A stretch of 60,798 nt of DNA, the filler included. It is 8 parts of 8 records of this genome, joined end to end, with 100 filler letters (N's around TTAATTAATTAA, not from the genome) between each part and the next. Parts side by side here need not be neighbours in the genome. Positions count along the whole stretch, not along the records: positions 43,806 to 55,258 come from DRR723986_20760; positions 55,359 to 60,798 come from DRR723986_20789; 6 more parts are not named here. One strand, 5' to 3'. Within the stretch, counting starts at the first letter, position 1. Every line of letters starts with the position of its first letter. Positions 49,783-59,485 of the stretch are shown one piece after another. The translations under genes were made by a program, and so were the position numbers. The notes below the pieces were generated by a model. The model saw only the letters and a program-made list of their open reading frames with translations. It was not told where the DNA came from and did no database searches.

Positions 49783-52700
49783 GTGAGAAAAATCAGGATA
49801 CATTTTCGCATTCATTTGTTAGTGGTCATTTTATTAATGTCTATTCCTGAAGGATATTCTCAATCTTATAATTTTCAAAAAATCTCAATCCAAGAAGGTT
49901 TACCACAGTCGCAAGCCTATGCATTATTGTTCGATAGTACCCAACATGCTTGGATTGGCACTCAAGGGGGAGGACTTTGTAGGTATGATGGACATGAATT
50001 TCAGTATTTCACAAAGCAAGATTCGTTAATCTCAAATAGAATTTTTTCGCTTAAACAAATCGATAATAAAATTTGGGTAGGGCAAAAAGGAGGAGTTTCT
50101 TTATTTGATTTAAGAGGACGGCATTTATCAAATTACTATTCTACAAACACGAATGCTATAATAAATGACATTATTGAGTTTGAGAATAATATTTTGTTTG
50201 CAACAGACAAGGGACCTCAGTATCTAAACAACGATTCATTATTCAATTGGAATGACAATGTGACTGCGGCCGGGCAGAATACTTTTTCCTTTTTTAAAGA
50301 AAAACAGGATTTATGGTTGTGTACAGAAATTGGCTTATTGAATTTTAAAGAACCCCTAACTAAAATAAACAAGGCCAGGGGGCTTTCGGCGAACCAAGTT
50401 CAATGTGTAAAAGAATTTGGAGATTATTGGGTAATCGGAACATATGGGGGCGGTGTGAATATCTACTCTCCAATTGAGGGAGTATTAAAAAAGAACCCAT
50501 TTGAAAGCTTGAACGATCAAATCGTCCTAACCTTGTTTGTGGCAAAAAACGGGGAACTATGGATTGGGACCTTGAATAATGGTGTGTTTGTTTATTCCAG
50601 AAAAGATGGCTCGCTGAAAAATTACTCAGCTGCAAATGGCTTATCGAATAATCATATTAGAGTGATATCGGCAGATTTATGGCAAAACATTTGGATTGGA
50701 ACATCTGGAGGTGGAGTTTCTATATTTCAAAATAGCCCTTTCGTAAAATATAATACCGAAAATGGACTGATGGGGAATTATATCTACTCAGTATTAAAAA
50801 CTGATCGTGATGGATTGTGGGTGGGAGCAGAGGGTTCTCCAGTTTTTAGAGTGAATGACACGGCGACAGTTGTTTTTGATGAAGAATATGGATTCAATTC
50901 CGAAAAAGTTAAAAGTCTATTTCAAGATGCGAATGGTGATATTTGGATTGGAACTGAAGGGCAAGGCTTAGGAATATATTCTTTATATGATGGAAAAGAT
51001 ACTGTCTATTCTTGGTCTAATAGTACTGGGATGTCCTCGAACTGGGTCAGAGCTTTTGCTCAAAAAGATAAAAGCTCACCGGTCTACATTGGAACCGGAG
51101 GTGGTGGTTTAATGGCTGTTGAAAAAACATGGGAATTCCCAGTTAAGTTAAATTTCAAAAGAATCCGTCCCGAAAATCGAGAGGCTCCTGAAAGAATAAG
51201 TTCTCTCAATTATTGTGAAGATCAATTGTGGTTTACTTCATCAACAGGCGAATTCGGATATTTGAAAAACAACAGATTATTTTTACAAAATAGAGGGAGT
51301 AACGTATTCAGAAACTCAACTGGTTCGGAAGAAACTGTTTGGCTCGGTAGTTCAGATAATGGTGTTCTTCAAATTATAATGGATGATGATTCCATTAAAT
51401 CTGAGAACTGGATTTCTGTTGAAAATGGTTTGAGTTCGAATAATATATATCAATTAAATTTTCACGATAATTTATTGTGGGTAGGATCAGAGAAAGGACT
51501 GGATCAAGTTCAATTTGATTCCTTATTCAATATTTTAAGCATAGAGCATTTTGGGTATGAAGAAGGATTTGAAGGGGTTGAAACCAATATCAACGCAACA
51601 GATATTGATGACGACCAAAATTTATGGTTCGGAACTGTAAACGGTTTGTTCTTATATCAAGGAGGAGAAGTGAATTATAATCAACGGAAACCTCCTGTTC
51701 TTCAATTGTTGGATTTAAGCATTTTTTATGAATCCATAGATAGCACTGAATTTTCGGATTGCTTTGAAAACGGAGACTTAGTGAAAAGCTTGATACTTCC
51801 CTATAATATGAATCACATAGGTTTTTCCTTTAAAGCCATCCATTATGCCTACTCAAAGAACATTCGATACAGGTGGAAACTTGAAGGCGCAGACAGAAAT
51901 TGGACGCCTCCGTCCAAAAATACAACGGCTACCTACAGTAATTTACAACCAGGCTTCTATGTTTTCAAGGTTCAAGCTTCAATAGATGATAAATGGGAAG
52001 GTGAAACTATTGAGATTTCATTCCAAATTGATCAACCCTATTACGAAAAATTTTGGTTCAAGATGGGTTATTATGGTCTTATTCTTTTATTGATTCTGGT
52101 TGTAGTATTAATTATAGTCTTTAGAATTAGAAGAAAAAACAAAGCAATAAAAGAAAAGTTTGAACTTGAAAAAAACTTAATTGAATTGGAGCAAAAAGCG
52201 TTGCGATTACAAATGAACCCGCATTTTATTTTCAACGTATTAACTTCTATTCATAATTTGATCATTCTCAATGATTCAGATAAAGCAAGATATGCCCTTT
52301 CTAAATTCTCCAAATTAATGAGACGGGTTCTTGAAAACTCAAGAGAAAAGTTCATTTCTATTGATGATGAAATTGAAACCTTGGAAAATTATGTGCAGCT
52401 TGAAAAACTGACTTCTAATTTAGATTTGGAGTTATTAATTGAAATTGATGATAAAATTGATGGAGCTGAAGAATTCTTGCCGCCGTTGATGATCCAACCA
52501 TTTGTTGAGAATGCAATCATTCACGGGCTGAAAGAAATCGATTACACTGGTCGAATTGAAGTTGGATTTAAATTATTGAATGAACACCTATTAGAGTGTT
52601 GGGTTCAAGATAATGGAAGAGGGAGAGGAAAGGCAGCATCCATAAATGCCCAAAAAGAGAATTATCATAAATCAACGGCGCTTCAAGTTACACAAGAACG

Positions 52701-52812
52701 ACTAGCGAATTTGAACAAAACAGGAGGCTTCGTTCCTTTCGAAATTCTAGATCTGACATCCAAAAACGGGGAAGCGGCAGGAACAAAAGTGATCTTTAGA
52801 CTAGAAATTTAA
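49783..52812 (+). CDS. LytS-type sensor histidine kinase with a periplasmic beta-propeller / Y_Y_Y domain
   Basis: Repeated W.GT..GG / NGL..N blades, YSNL.PG.Y.F.V.A, TM helix, LRLQMNPHFIFN.L, IQPFVENAI.HG, DNG.GR. Confidence 0.92.
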   Translation: MRKIRIHFRIHLLVVILLMSIPEGYSQSYNFQKISIQEGLPQSQAYALLFDSTQHAWIGTQGGGLCRYDGHEFQYFTKQDSLISNRIFSLKQIDNKIWVGQKGGVSLFDLRGRHLSNYYSTNTNAIINDIIEFENNILFATDKGPQYLNNDSLFNWNDNVTAAGQNTFSFFKEKQDLWLCTEIGLLNFKEPLTKINKARGLSANQVQCVKEFGDYWVIGTYGGGVNIYSPIEGVLKKNPFESLNDQIVLTLFVAKNGELWIGTLNNGVFVYSRKDGSLKNYSAANGLSNNHIRVISADLWQNIWIGTSGGGVSIFQNSPFVKYNTENGLMGNYIYSVLKTDRDGLWVGAEGSPVFRVNDTATVVFDEEYGFNSEKVKSLFQDANGDIWIGTEGQGLGIYSLYDGKDTVYSWSNSTGMSSNWVRAFAQKDKSSPVYIGTGGGGLMAVEKTWEFPVKLNFKRIRPENREAPERISSLNYCEDQLWFTSSTGEFGYLKNNRLFLQNRGSNVFRNSTGSEETVWLGSSDNGVLQIIMDDDSIKSENWISVENGLSSNNIYQLNFHDNLLWVGSEKGLDQVQFDSLFNILSIEHFGYEEGFEGVETNINATDIDDDQNLWFGTVNGLFLYQGGEVNYNQRKPPVLQLLDLSIFYESIDSTEFSDCFENGDLVKSLILPYNMNHIGFSFKAIHYAYSKNIRYRWKLEGADRNWTPPSKNTTATYSNLQPGFYVFKVQASIDDKWEGETIEISFQIDQPYYEKFWFKMGYYGLILLLILVVVLIIVFRIRRKNKAIKEKFELEKNLIELEQKALRLQMNPHFIFNVLTSIHNLIILNDSDKARYALSKFSKLMRRVLENSREKFISIDDEIETLENYVQLEKLTSNLDLELLIEIDDKIDGAEEFLPPLMIQPFVENAIIHGLKEIDYTGRIEVGFKLLNEHLLECWVQDNGRGRGKAASINAQKENYHKSTALQVTQERLANLNKTGGFVPFEILDLTSKNGEAAGTKVIFRLEI

Positions 52813-52852
52813 ATTGACGAAAATCCCGAAGAACGAAAAACGAAAATCCAAA

Positions 52853-55123
52853 TTAACTCAACACCTCAAGTCTTGCAAATTTCAACAGCAATTGCTTGTT
52901 TCCAACTTTAGGAAAAAACACAGTGGCTTTTGTTGGAGGCGTGCCTTCTAATCCAATCACCTTTCCTTTGCCAAATTTTTCATGTTTCACATTATATCCA
53001 ACCTTTAAGTCTAATAAACTTGCTTGAGCACCGGTTTTCGGTTGCTTATCTGATGGTGTAACTCTTTTAAGTTTTCTCTCTTTATCAGAAAACAACTTTT
53101 TACCAGGAACTCCAACCTTTTTCTCCAAATTAACTTGGTTTAAAGATCTTCCACCTCCTCGAGATGGATTTGCAACCTCTAAAAACTCTGCGTCTATCTC
53201 TTCAATAAAACGGCTGGGTTCTGAGGTGATAAGGTTTCCCCATTTGTATCTACTAGTGGCATAACTCAAAGTTGCTTTTGTTTCAGCTCTCGTTAACGCT
53301 ACATAAAATAGTCTGCGTTCTTCTTCTAATTCAGTTCTAGAACTTAAGGCCATTTGAGACGGAAATAGATTCTCCTCTAATCCAACAATATTTACATAAG
53401 GAAATTCTAATCCTTTTGAAGCATGGATTGTCATTAAAGTGATTTTATCCAAATCTTCTTCTTTCTCATCATCTGCATCTGTCAACAAGGCTACATCCAC
53501 CATGAAGTCGCTTAAAAAAGCCGTTTCACCTTCTGAGGCTGTTTCTGAGAATTCTTTAATACCTGCTAACAACGCTTGAATGTTTTCGTATCGAGATACA
53601 CCCTCAGGTGATTTATCGTCATAAAGTTCCTTGAGTATCCCTGAGCTTTTTGCAATGGTTTGAGCCAATTCATAAGCATCTACCTTTTCTAACTCAACCC
53701 GATAACTTTTTATTGCGGTTACAAAGGCATTCATTTTGTTCAAGGTACCCGAAGGAATATTAGCAGGATATTTATTGGGTTCCGCAAGAACTTCCCATAA
53801 ACTAACTTCATAATGATTAGCGGCTACAATTACTTTTTCAATGCTTGTTTTTCCAATTCCTCTTTTAGGATAATTAATAACACGCTTTAAGGCTTCTTCA
53901 TCCTGAGGATTTGCTGTTAGTCTGAAATAAGCAAGCAAATCTTTGATTTCTTTTCTTTGATAGAAAGATAAACCTCCATATATTTTATAAGGTAGATTGA
54001 GTTTTCTTAGAGCTTCTTCAAAAGAACGTGATTGCGCATTGGTTCGATATAGAATTGCAAAATCTGAATGATTAACTTGCTCATTCATTTTGGTCTCATA
54101 GATCATGTTGGCCACTACCTTCCCCTCTTCATTATCTGTTAAAGTTCTGATCACTTTAATTTTGTTACCATCATCATTTGAAGTCCAAACGGTTTTTTCT
54201 ATTTGGTCTTTATTTTTAGAGATAATACTGTTGGCAGCATTTACAATTGTTTTGGTGCTTCTGTAATTTTGTTCTAATTTAAATGTGACACAATCCGAAT
54301 AGTCTGTTTTGAAATTTAGAATGTTTTCAATATTGGCCCCTCTAAAGGAGTAAATACTCTGGGCATCATCTCCAACCACACATATATTGTGAAATACGTC
54401 TGCCAGTTTTTTAACTATTAAATATTGTGAGTAGTTGGTATCTTGATACTCGTCAACAAGTATATATCTGAACTTGTGCTGATAAAAATGGAGAACATCC
54501 GCATGATCTCTCATGAGCACATTAGTCTTGTATAAAAGATCATCAAAATCCATTGCTCCCGCTTTGAAACATCTTTTTTCATAGGCTTTGTAAATTTCAA
54601 ATAAACGCGGTTTGCCACTCATTCTATCTTCTGCCACAATATCTGTGTTGGCCTCATAAGCTGCCGCTGAAATTAAATTGTTTTTAGCCGAAGAGATTCT
54701 CCCATGAACTAAATTGGGTTTATAGGTTTTGTCGTCTAGTTTCAATTCCTTGATAATGGTCTTTAATAAACTTCTAGAATCTTGAGTGTCGTAAATAGTG
54801 AAATTGGATGGATAACCCAGCTTGTCTGAATGATGTCTGAGTATGCGTGCAAAAACAGAATGAAAGGTTCCCATGGAGATATTCTTGGCTTCAGATTGTC
54901 CAATAATCTCAGCAATTCTTCCCTTCATTTCTTTAGCAGCTTTATTGGTAAAGGTTAATGCTAGAATATTAAATGGATCAACACCTCGTTCTATTAAATA
55001 AGCAATTCTATAAGTTAATACTCTGGTTTTTCCAGATCCTGCTCCTGCAATAACCATTGACGGCCCCTCAGTATGTTTAACCGCCTCAAGCTGCTGCGGA
55101 TTAAGTGTCTCCAAATAATTCAT
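52853..55123 (-). CDS. pcrA: ATP-dependent DNA helicase PcrA/UvrD
   Basis: AGAGSGKT, TFTNKAA, VDEYQD, VGDDAQSIY.FRGA, LEQNYRS, TIHASKGLEF, EERRLFYVA.TRA. Confidence 0.95.
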   Translation of the reverse strand: MNYLETLNPQQLEAVKHTEGPSMVIAGAGSGKTRVLTYRIAYLIERGVDPFNILALTFTNKAAKEMKGRIAEIIGQSEAKNISMGTFHSVFARILRHHSDKLGYPSNFTIYDTQDSRSLLKTIIKELKLDDKTYKPNLVHGRISSAKNNLISAAAYEANTDIVAEDRMSGKPRLFEIYKAYEKRCFKAGAMDFDDLLYKTNVLMRDHADVLHFYQHKFRYILVDEYQDTNYSQYLIVKKLADVFHNICVVGDDAQSIYSFRGANIENILNFKTDYSDCVTFKLEQNYRSTKTIVNAANSIISKNKDQIEKTVWTSNDDGNKIKVIRTLTDNEEGKVVANMIYETKMNEQVNHSDFAILYRTNAQSRSFEEALRKLNLPYKIYGGLSFYQRKEIKDLLAYFRLTANPQDEEALKRVINYPKRGIGKTSIEKVIVAANHYEVSLWEVLAEPNKYPANIPSGTLNKMNAFVTAIKSYRVELEKVDAYELAQTIAKSSGILKELYDDKSPEGVSRYENIQALLAGIKEFSETASEGETAFLSDFMVDVALLTDADDEKEEDLDKITLMTIHASKGLEFPYVNIVGLEENLFPSQMALSSRTELEEERRLFYVALTRAETKATLSYATSRYKWGNLITSEPSRFIEEIDAEFLEVANPSRGGGRSLNQVNLEKKVGVPGKKLFSDKERKLKRVTPSDKQPKTGAQASLLDLKVGYNVKHEKFGKGKVIGLEGTPPTKATVFFPKVGNKQLLLKFARLEVLS

Positions 55124-55228
55124 ATTTCAAAACTAATCATAAATGTTTGTTCGATTTGTAGATGTTGATAATTCAACCCGATTTTTCACCAATGCATTTC
55201 CAAATTGATCCAAAGTCAATTCCCTTTT

Positions 55229-55258
55229 ACGAATAACGAATAACGAATAACGAATAAC
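55229..55258. repeat. Heptamer tandem repeat (ACGAATA)n
   Basis: Four full copies plus a partial copy running into the contig end. Confidence 0.9.
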
Positions 55259-55358
55259 NNNNNNNNNNNNNNNNNNNNNNNNNNNNNNNNNNNNNNNNNN
55301 NNTTAATTAATTAANNNNNNNNNNNNNNNNNNNNNNNNNNNNNNNNNNNNNNNNNNNN

Positions 55359-55695
55359 CGACGACAAAGGTGGCACCATGCGTCTGGGCGCGTATAACGC
55401 CACTTTGGCCGAGGGGTCCAATGTTGCCCGTGTCTATGGCACGACCCAGATCGAAGAACGCCATCGTCACCGGTATGAAGTCGATATCAAATATCGCGAA
55501 CAGCTGGAAAAAGTCGGTCTCAAGTTTTCCGGCATGAGCCCTGACGGACGCCTGCCAGAAATCGTCGAGTGGGCCGATCATCCTTGGTTCATCGGGGTGC
55601 AGTTCCACCCCGAATTGAAATCCAAACCCTTCGCGCCGCACCCTCTGTTTGCGGACTTCATCCGCGCTGCTACAGAAACCTCGCGCTTGGTTTGA
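55359..55695 (+). CDS. pyrG: CTP synthase, C-terminal fragment
   Basis: [31 protein letters not shown]. Confidence 0.96.
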
Positions 55696-55704
55696 TCGAA
55701 ATTG

Positions 55705-55734
55705 ACCCGCCTCTGACACCAGAGGCGGGTTTTT
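55705..55734 (+). terminator. Intrinsic terminator after pyrG
   Basis: ACCCGCCTCTG-acac-CAGAGGCGGGT-TTTT. Confidence 0.85.
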
Positions 55735-55828
55735 CATGACCTCTGTTCCACCATCTGAACCCAGCCCAATTGCCGAACACGGGCCTCGTGCTAGATCTAT
55801 GTCACTCGCACACAAGATCGGCCTTCAG

Positions 55829-56335
55829 ATGACATCCCGCACCACCATCACCGTCCATGACCGCATGCAAAGCGGTTACAGCTATCCCCTGTCCGCACAG
55901 CCCGGCGATGTAGCGACAGATCGGTTCAAACCGCATTACTCCCCCAAACAGATGCTCGAAATGGGCGTATTCGAGGGGAAATATTGCACCGATTGCCGGG
56001 ATGAATTCCCCGCTGACTGGTTCGAAAACGCCAAACTCAGCGCAACAGCGAACCCCGACCTCAATTATTTTGGCATCAAAAGCCGCCAGCCCTTGTCAGT
56101 TTGGCAGGACAAAGGATGGATCATCGGACCAGACCCCCGCGGGTGGTTCCAATGGTACTGTCGTTATTACCTTGGCCGTCGCCTGCCCGAGGTCGACGCC
56201 CAGCAAATCAAACGCTGGCGCGCCTTTGCACGTCATGCGGGTCAGATCCGCGCCAACTGCCATCCGGGCGATATCTTTTGCCGACCCCGCCAACGGCAGG
56301 GCCTGCTGCAATGGTCACATGACCCGCTGATCTGA
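55829..56335 (+). CDS. Conserved hypothetical protein, Trp/Arg/Cys-rich
   Basis: F.P..SPK.ML..GVF.G.Y, W..KGWI..DPRGWFQWYCRYY.GRR, QI.RW....RH, RQ.LL.W; ATG chosen downstream of the pyrG terminator. Confidence 0.75.
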   Translation: MTSRTTITVHDRMQSGYSYPLSAQPGDVATDRFKPHYSPKQMLEMGVFEGKYCTDCRDEFPADWFENAKLSATANPDLNYFGIKSRQPLSVWQDKGWIIGPDPRGWFQWYCRYYLGRRLPEVDAQQIKRWRAFARHAGQIRANCHPGDIFCRPRQRQGLLQWSHDPLI

Positions 56336-56337
56336 CC

Positions 56338-57369
56338 CTAAGCCCAAGTGTCCCGCAGCACCCGCATCCAGTTGGACCAGCAAATCCGCTCAATCCGATC
56401 AGGCGCATACCCATGTCTGTCCATGGCCTGCACCAAAGCAGGCAATTTATCGACTGAATTCAACCAAACTGGTGGCGAACAGCCATCATAATCAGACCCA
56501 AGGCAAACGCCCTCTTCGCCCAGATGGTCCAACAGGTAATCCATCTGCGCCAGAATCATCTCAGGCCCTGTATGCGATTTTGGCTGCCCATCCGGGCGCA
56601 CGAACGTGCATTCAAAATTCACCCCCGCAACACCGCCGCTCTTGGCAATCATCCCAAGCTGAGCGTCAGTCAGGTTCCGCGCATGGGGCGAAACGCCATA
56701 AGCGTTGGAATGTGTCGCAACCAAGGGCTTCCCCGAAATCTCAGCCACATCGTGAAACCCGGCCACGTTCAAATGGCTGAGGTCCACCAAAATGCCCAAT
56801 TGATCACAACGACTGACCAATGCCCGGCCCCGCTCGCTCAATCCGCCGCCGATATCCCCATCTGACGGGTACCGAAACGGCACCCCATGCCCAAATGCGT
56901 TGGGGCGGCTCCAAACCGGGCCCAACGATCGCAGCCCCAATCCAAACAGCTCATCCAGCTCGGCCATCTCGGGCCCGATCCCCTCGGCCCCTTCCAGATG
57001 CAGAATCGCCGCCAACTGACCCCGCTCTTTTGACGCCTCGATCTGATCCACACTGGTACAGATTCGCAGCGCCCCCGCTTCCTCGAGCGCGACCAGCACA
57101 TTCGCCTGTGCCCGGATCATGTCCCATGCCTCTGCTTCCCCCAGCGCAGCGGGCAAAGGCACATCATAATCGCCACTTAAAGAATCAAGGTTCATCCCCC
57201 CGGCTGACCGCGCCCACAAGGCAAAGAAACCGCCCCCAAAACCGCCAACCTTGGCGCGCGGCAAATCAACCTGCCCCACACGCCCGTTCAAAAAGCCGGG
57301 CACAGCGTCCCGCCCCCCCGCCAACCACAACTTGGTCAGCACATCATTATGTCCATCAAATATCATCAT
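56338..57369 (-). CDS. Membrane dipeptidase family (M19) metallopeptidase
   Basis: DGHND, HLEGAE, DLSH, ATHSN, GSDYDG, NW.RV. Confidence 0.92.
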   Translation of the reverse strand: MMIFDGHNDVLTKLWLAGGRDAVPGFLNGRVGQVDLPRAKVGGFGGGFFALWARSAGGMNLDSLSGDYDVPLPAALGEAEAWDMIRAQANVLVALEEAGALRICTSVDQIEASKERGQLAAILHLEGAEGIGPEMAELDELFGLGLRSLGPVWSRPNAFGHGVPFRYPSDGDIGGGLSERGRALVSRCDQLGILVDLSHLNVAGFHDVAEISGKPLVATHSNAYGVSPHARNLTDAQLGMIAKSGGVAGVNFECTFVRPDGQPKSHTGPEMILAQMDYLLDHLGEEGVCLGSDYDGCSPPVWLNSVDKLPALVQAMDRHGYAPDRIERICWSNWMRVLRDTWA

Positions 57370-57476
57370 CCCCACAGAGTGACGTGATTCCCTGCCCATC
57401 CACAAGGTGGTCGGAAAACGGATTGCACCGAATGCCGATCCGCGTCACCCTGCCCAAAATAGACAGGAGAGTTGAT

Positions 57477-57770
57477 ATGGCCAAAGGCTATTGGGTGGCC
57501 CACGTAGATGTGGACGACATGGAAACCTACAAGAATTACATCGCAGCAAATGGTGATGTGTTTGCAGAATATGGCGCCCGGTTTCTGGTGCGCGGCGGTG
57601 ACCGCCAGAACCCCGAAGGTCAGGCCCGTGCACGTACCGTTGTGATTGAATTCAAAGACTACCAAACCGCCGTAGAGTGTTACAACAGCCCCGGCTACCA
57701 AGCCGCCAAAGCTCTGCGTGATCCGGTTTCCAACGGCGATTTGGTGATTATCGAAGGCTATGACGGGTAG
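57477..57770 (+). CDS. DUF1330 family protein
   Basis: AGGAG RBS; YGARFLVRGG, R.VVIEF.D...A..CYNSP.YQ.A...R, IIEG. Confidence 0.88.
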   Translation: MAKGYWVAHVDVDDMETYKNYIAANGDVFAEYGARFLVRGGDRQNPEGQARARTVVIEFKDYQTAVECYNSPGYQAAKALRDPVSNGDLVIIEGYDG

Positions 57771-57812
57771 TTCGCACTTGGCGGGACGCAAAATATGGGG
57801 TAATTTCGGGTC

Positions 57813-58253
57813 ATGTTGAAAAAGCTCTTTCAGGCGTTCCGCCCTTCTGAAACACCAAACCTGCCCGATCCGGATGCCGAATTGGCGCTCGGGGCTCTTT
57901 TGGTGCGTGTTGCCAAATCGGACCGCGAATATCAGGTCGAAGAAATCAGCCTGATCGACCGCATTCTGGCCCGCCTCTATCAACACAACGCGATTGAGGC
58001 CGCAAAAGTGCGCGCAACCTGCGAAAAACTGCACTCTGCCGCGCCCGAAACGGACACGTTTGGGCGTCTGATCCGCGAAACCACCGGCTTAGAAGAGCGC
58101 CTTGCAGCCCTTGATGCCCTGTGGGAAGTGGTACTTGCAGACGGCAAACAGCAAGAAGGCGAGCTGAAAATCGTCGAAGAATCACGCATTGCGATGGGGC
58201 TCAGCATCAAAGACAGCCAAGCCGCACGTGATCGGGCGATGAATAAGATGTGA
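57813..58253 (+). CDS. TerB-like protein
   Basis: ALLVRVA.SD..Y..EE...I, LW.VVLADG....E. Confidence 0.85.
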   Translation: MLKKLFQAFRPSETPNLPDPDAELALGALLVRVAKSDREYQVEEISLIDRILARLYQHNAIEAAKVRATCEKLHSAAPETDTFGRLIRETTGLEERLAALDALWEVVLADGKQQEGELKIVEESRIAMGLSIKDSQAARDRAMNKM

Positions 58254-58294
58254 ATGTCTTGGCCCTGATAAAATCCCGGCCTATACCTTCTGTT

Positions 58295-58747
58295 ATGTTT
58301 CGCGATTTCCTCTCCAAGCTGATTCAGCCAGAGCCCGCCCCCCTTGCCGATACGGACGCCCGTTTGGCGCTGACCGCCCTGTTGGTCCGTATCGCACGGT
58401 CTGACAACGATTATGCGCCTCAGGAAATGGCCCGAATAGATCGGATCACCGCGACCCGTTATGGGCTCAGCCCGTTTGAGGCGGCTGGCCTGCGTTCCAA
58501 AGCCGAAGTGCTGGAAACCGAGGCCCCCGATACCGTCCGCTTTACCCGCGCCATCAAAGACGCCGTCCCGTATGAGGACCGCCGCGCCGTGCTCGAGGCC
58601 GCTTGGTCCGTGGTTCTGATTGACGATGAACGCGCACAAGAAGAAGACGCCGTGCTGCGACTGGTTTCAAACCTCTTGGGGATCAACGACCGCGATTCCG
58701 CGCTGTGTCGCCAAGCCGCTGCACGTCAGTTGGGGCATTCGTCTTGA
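58295..58747 (+). CDS. TerB-like protein (paralog)
   Basis: ALLVRIA.SD..Y...E...I, W.VVL.D.ER..EED..LR.V..LLG. Confidence 0.85.
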   Translation: MFRDFLSKLIQPEPAPLADTDARLALTALLVRIARSDNDYAPQEMARIDRITATRYGLSPFEAAGLRSKAEVLETEAPDTVRFTRAIKDAVPYEDRRAVLEAAWSVVLIDDERAQEEDAVLRLVSNLLGINDRDSALCRQAAARQLGHSS

Positions 58748-59481
58748 CCGCCATGCTGGGCATGTACGACATGCCAGCCCTGCAACCCGCCAATGATCGC
58801 CTGTGGGCCGCTATCCGCAGCTTTCTGAACGACGGCCCTGAAATTCTGGATCGCGATCGCGATTTTTGGGACATCTGGCGCGACCCCGATATGGTCTTTT
58901 CACAAACCTGTGGCATGCCCTATCGCACACAATTGCATGGCACAGTTCAACTGGTCGGAACCCCTAACTATGGTTTGCCAGATTGCCCAGCGGGGCATTA
59001 CCGCTCTGTTTTCGTAGCCCGCGCCGACACGACCGGCGATCTAGCTGACCTTTGCGCAGGGACCTTTGCCTACAACGAAGGCGTGTCCCAATCTGGCTGG
59101 GCCGCCCCCATGACGCACCTTGGCGATCTTGGGCTAAAGCCTGCCAAATTGCTGCAATCCGGTGGGCACGCCCTTTCTGCCCGCGCCGTTGCCGAGGGTC
59201 GCGCAGATTTCGCCGCGCTCGACATGCTGACGTGGGTCTTGCTGCAGGAACACGAACCCTTTGCACAATCCCTGCGTATCGTTGCCCTAACGGACCCGAC
59301 CCCCACACTCCCCTATATCACCGCCCTCGGCCGTGACCCGGCCCAGATCGCCACAGCCGTTCGTGCGGCCATCGCTGACCTCTCGCCCGAGGACCGCGCC
59401 GCCTTGCACTTGCACGGATTGGTCGACATCCCCGCCGAAACCTATCTTGCGGTGCCCACCCCCGCTGCACCCAAGGATTAA
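58744..59481 (+). CDS. PhnD/SsuA-like substrate-binding-fold protein without a signal peptide
   Basis: MYD, QTCG.PY, Y.SVFVAR, A.N...SQSG, SGGH..S..AV.EGRAD.AA.D; TTG start overlaps the upstream TGA. Confidence 0.8.
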   Translation: MTAMLGMYDMPALQPANDRLWAAIRSFLNDGPEILDRDRDFWDIWRDPDMVFSQTCGMPYRTQLHGTVQLVGTPNYGLPDCPAGHYRSVFVARADTTGDLADLCAGTFAYNEGVSQSGWAAPMTHLGDLGLKPAKLLQSGGHALSARAVAEGRADFAALDMLTWVLLQEHEPFAQSLRIVALTDPTPTLPYITALGRDPAQIATAVRAAIADLSPEDRAALHLHGLVDIPAETYLAVPTPAAPKD

Positions 59482-59485
59482 GCCA

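Noticed and set aside
6119..55358. Seven recurring TTAATTAATTAA motifs flanked by N runs, superficially like a repeat array
   Set aside because: They are identical 100-nt six-frame-stop linkers; any gene association across them is artificial
56820..57476. Pro-rich extension on the DUF1330 ORF
   Set aside because: Antisense to the dipeptidase gene; a clear AGGAG RBS precedes ATG 57477
57813..58747. TerB pair as an anti-phage or tellurite resistance island
   Set aside because: No terC/terD, nuclease, ATPase or mobility genes, and no visible compositional shift
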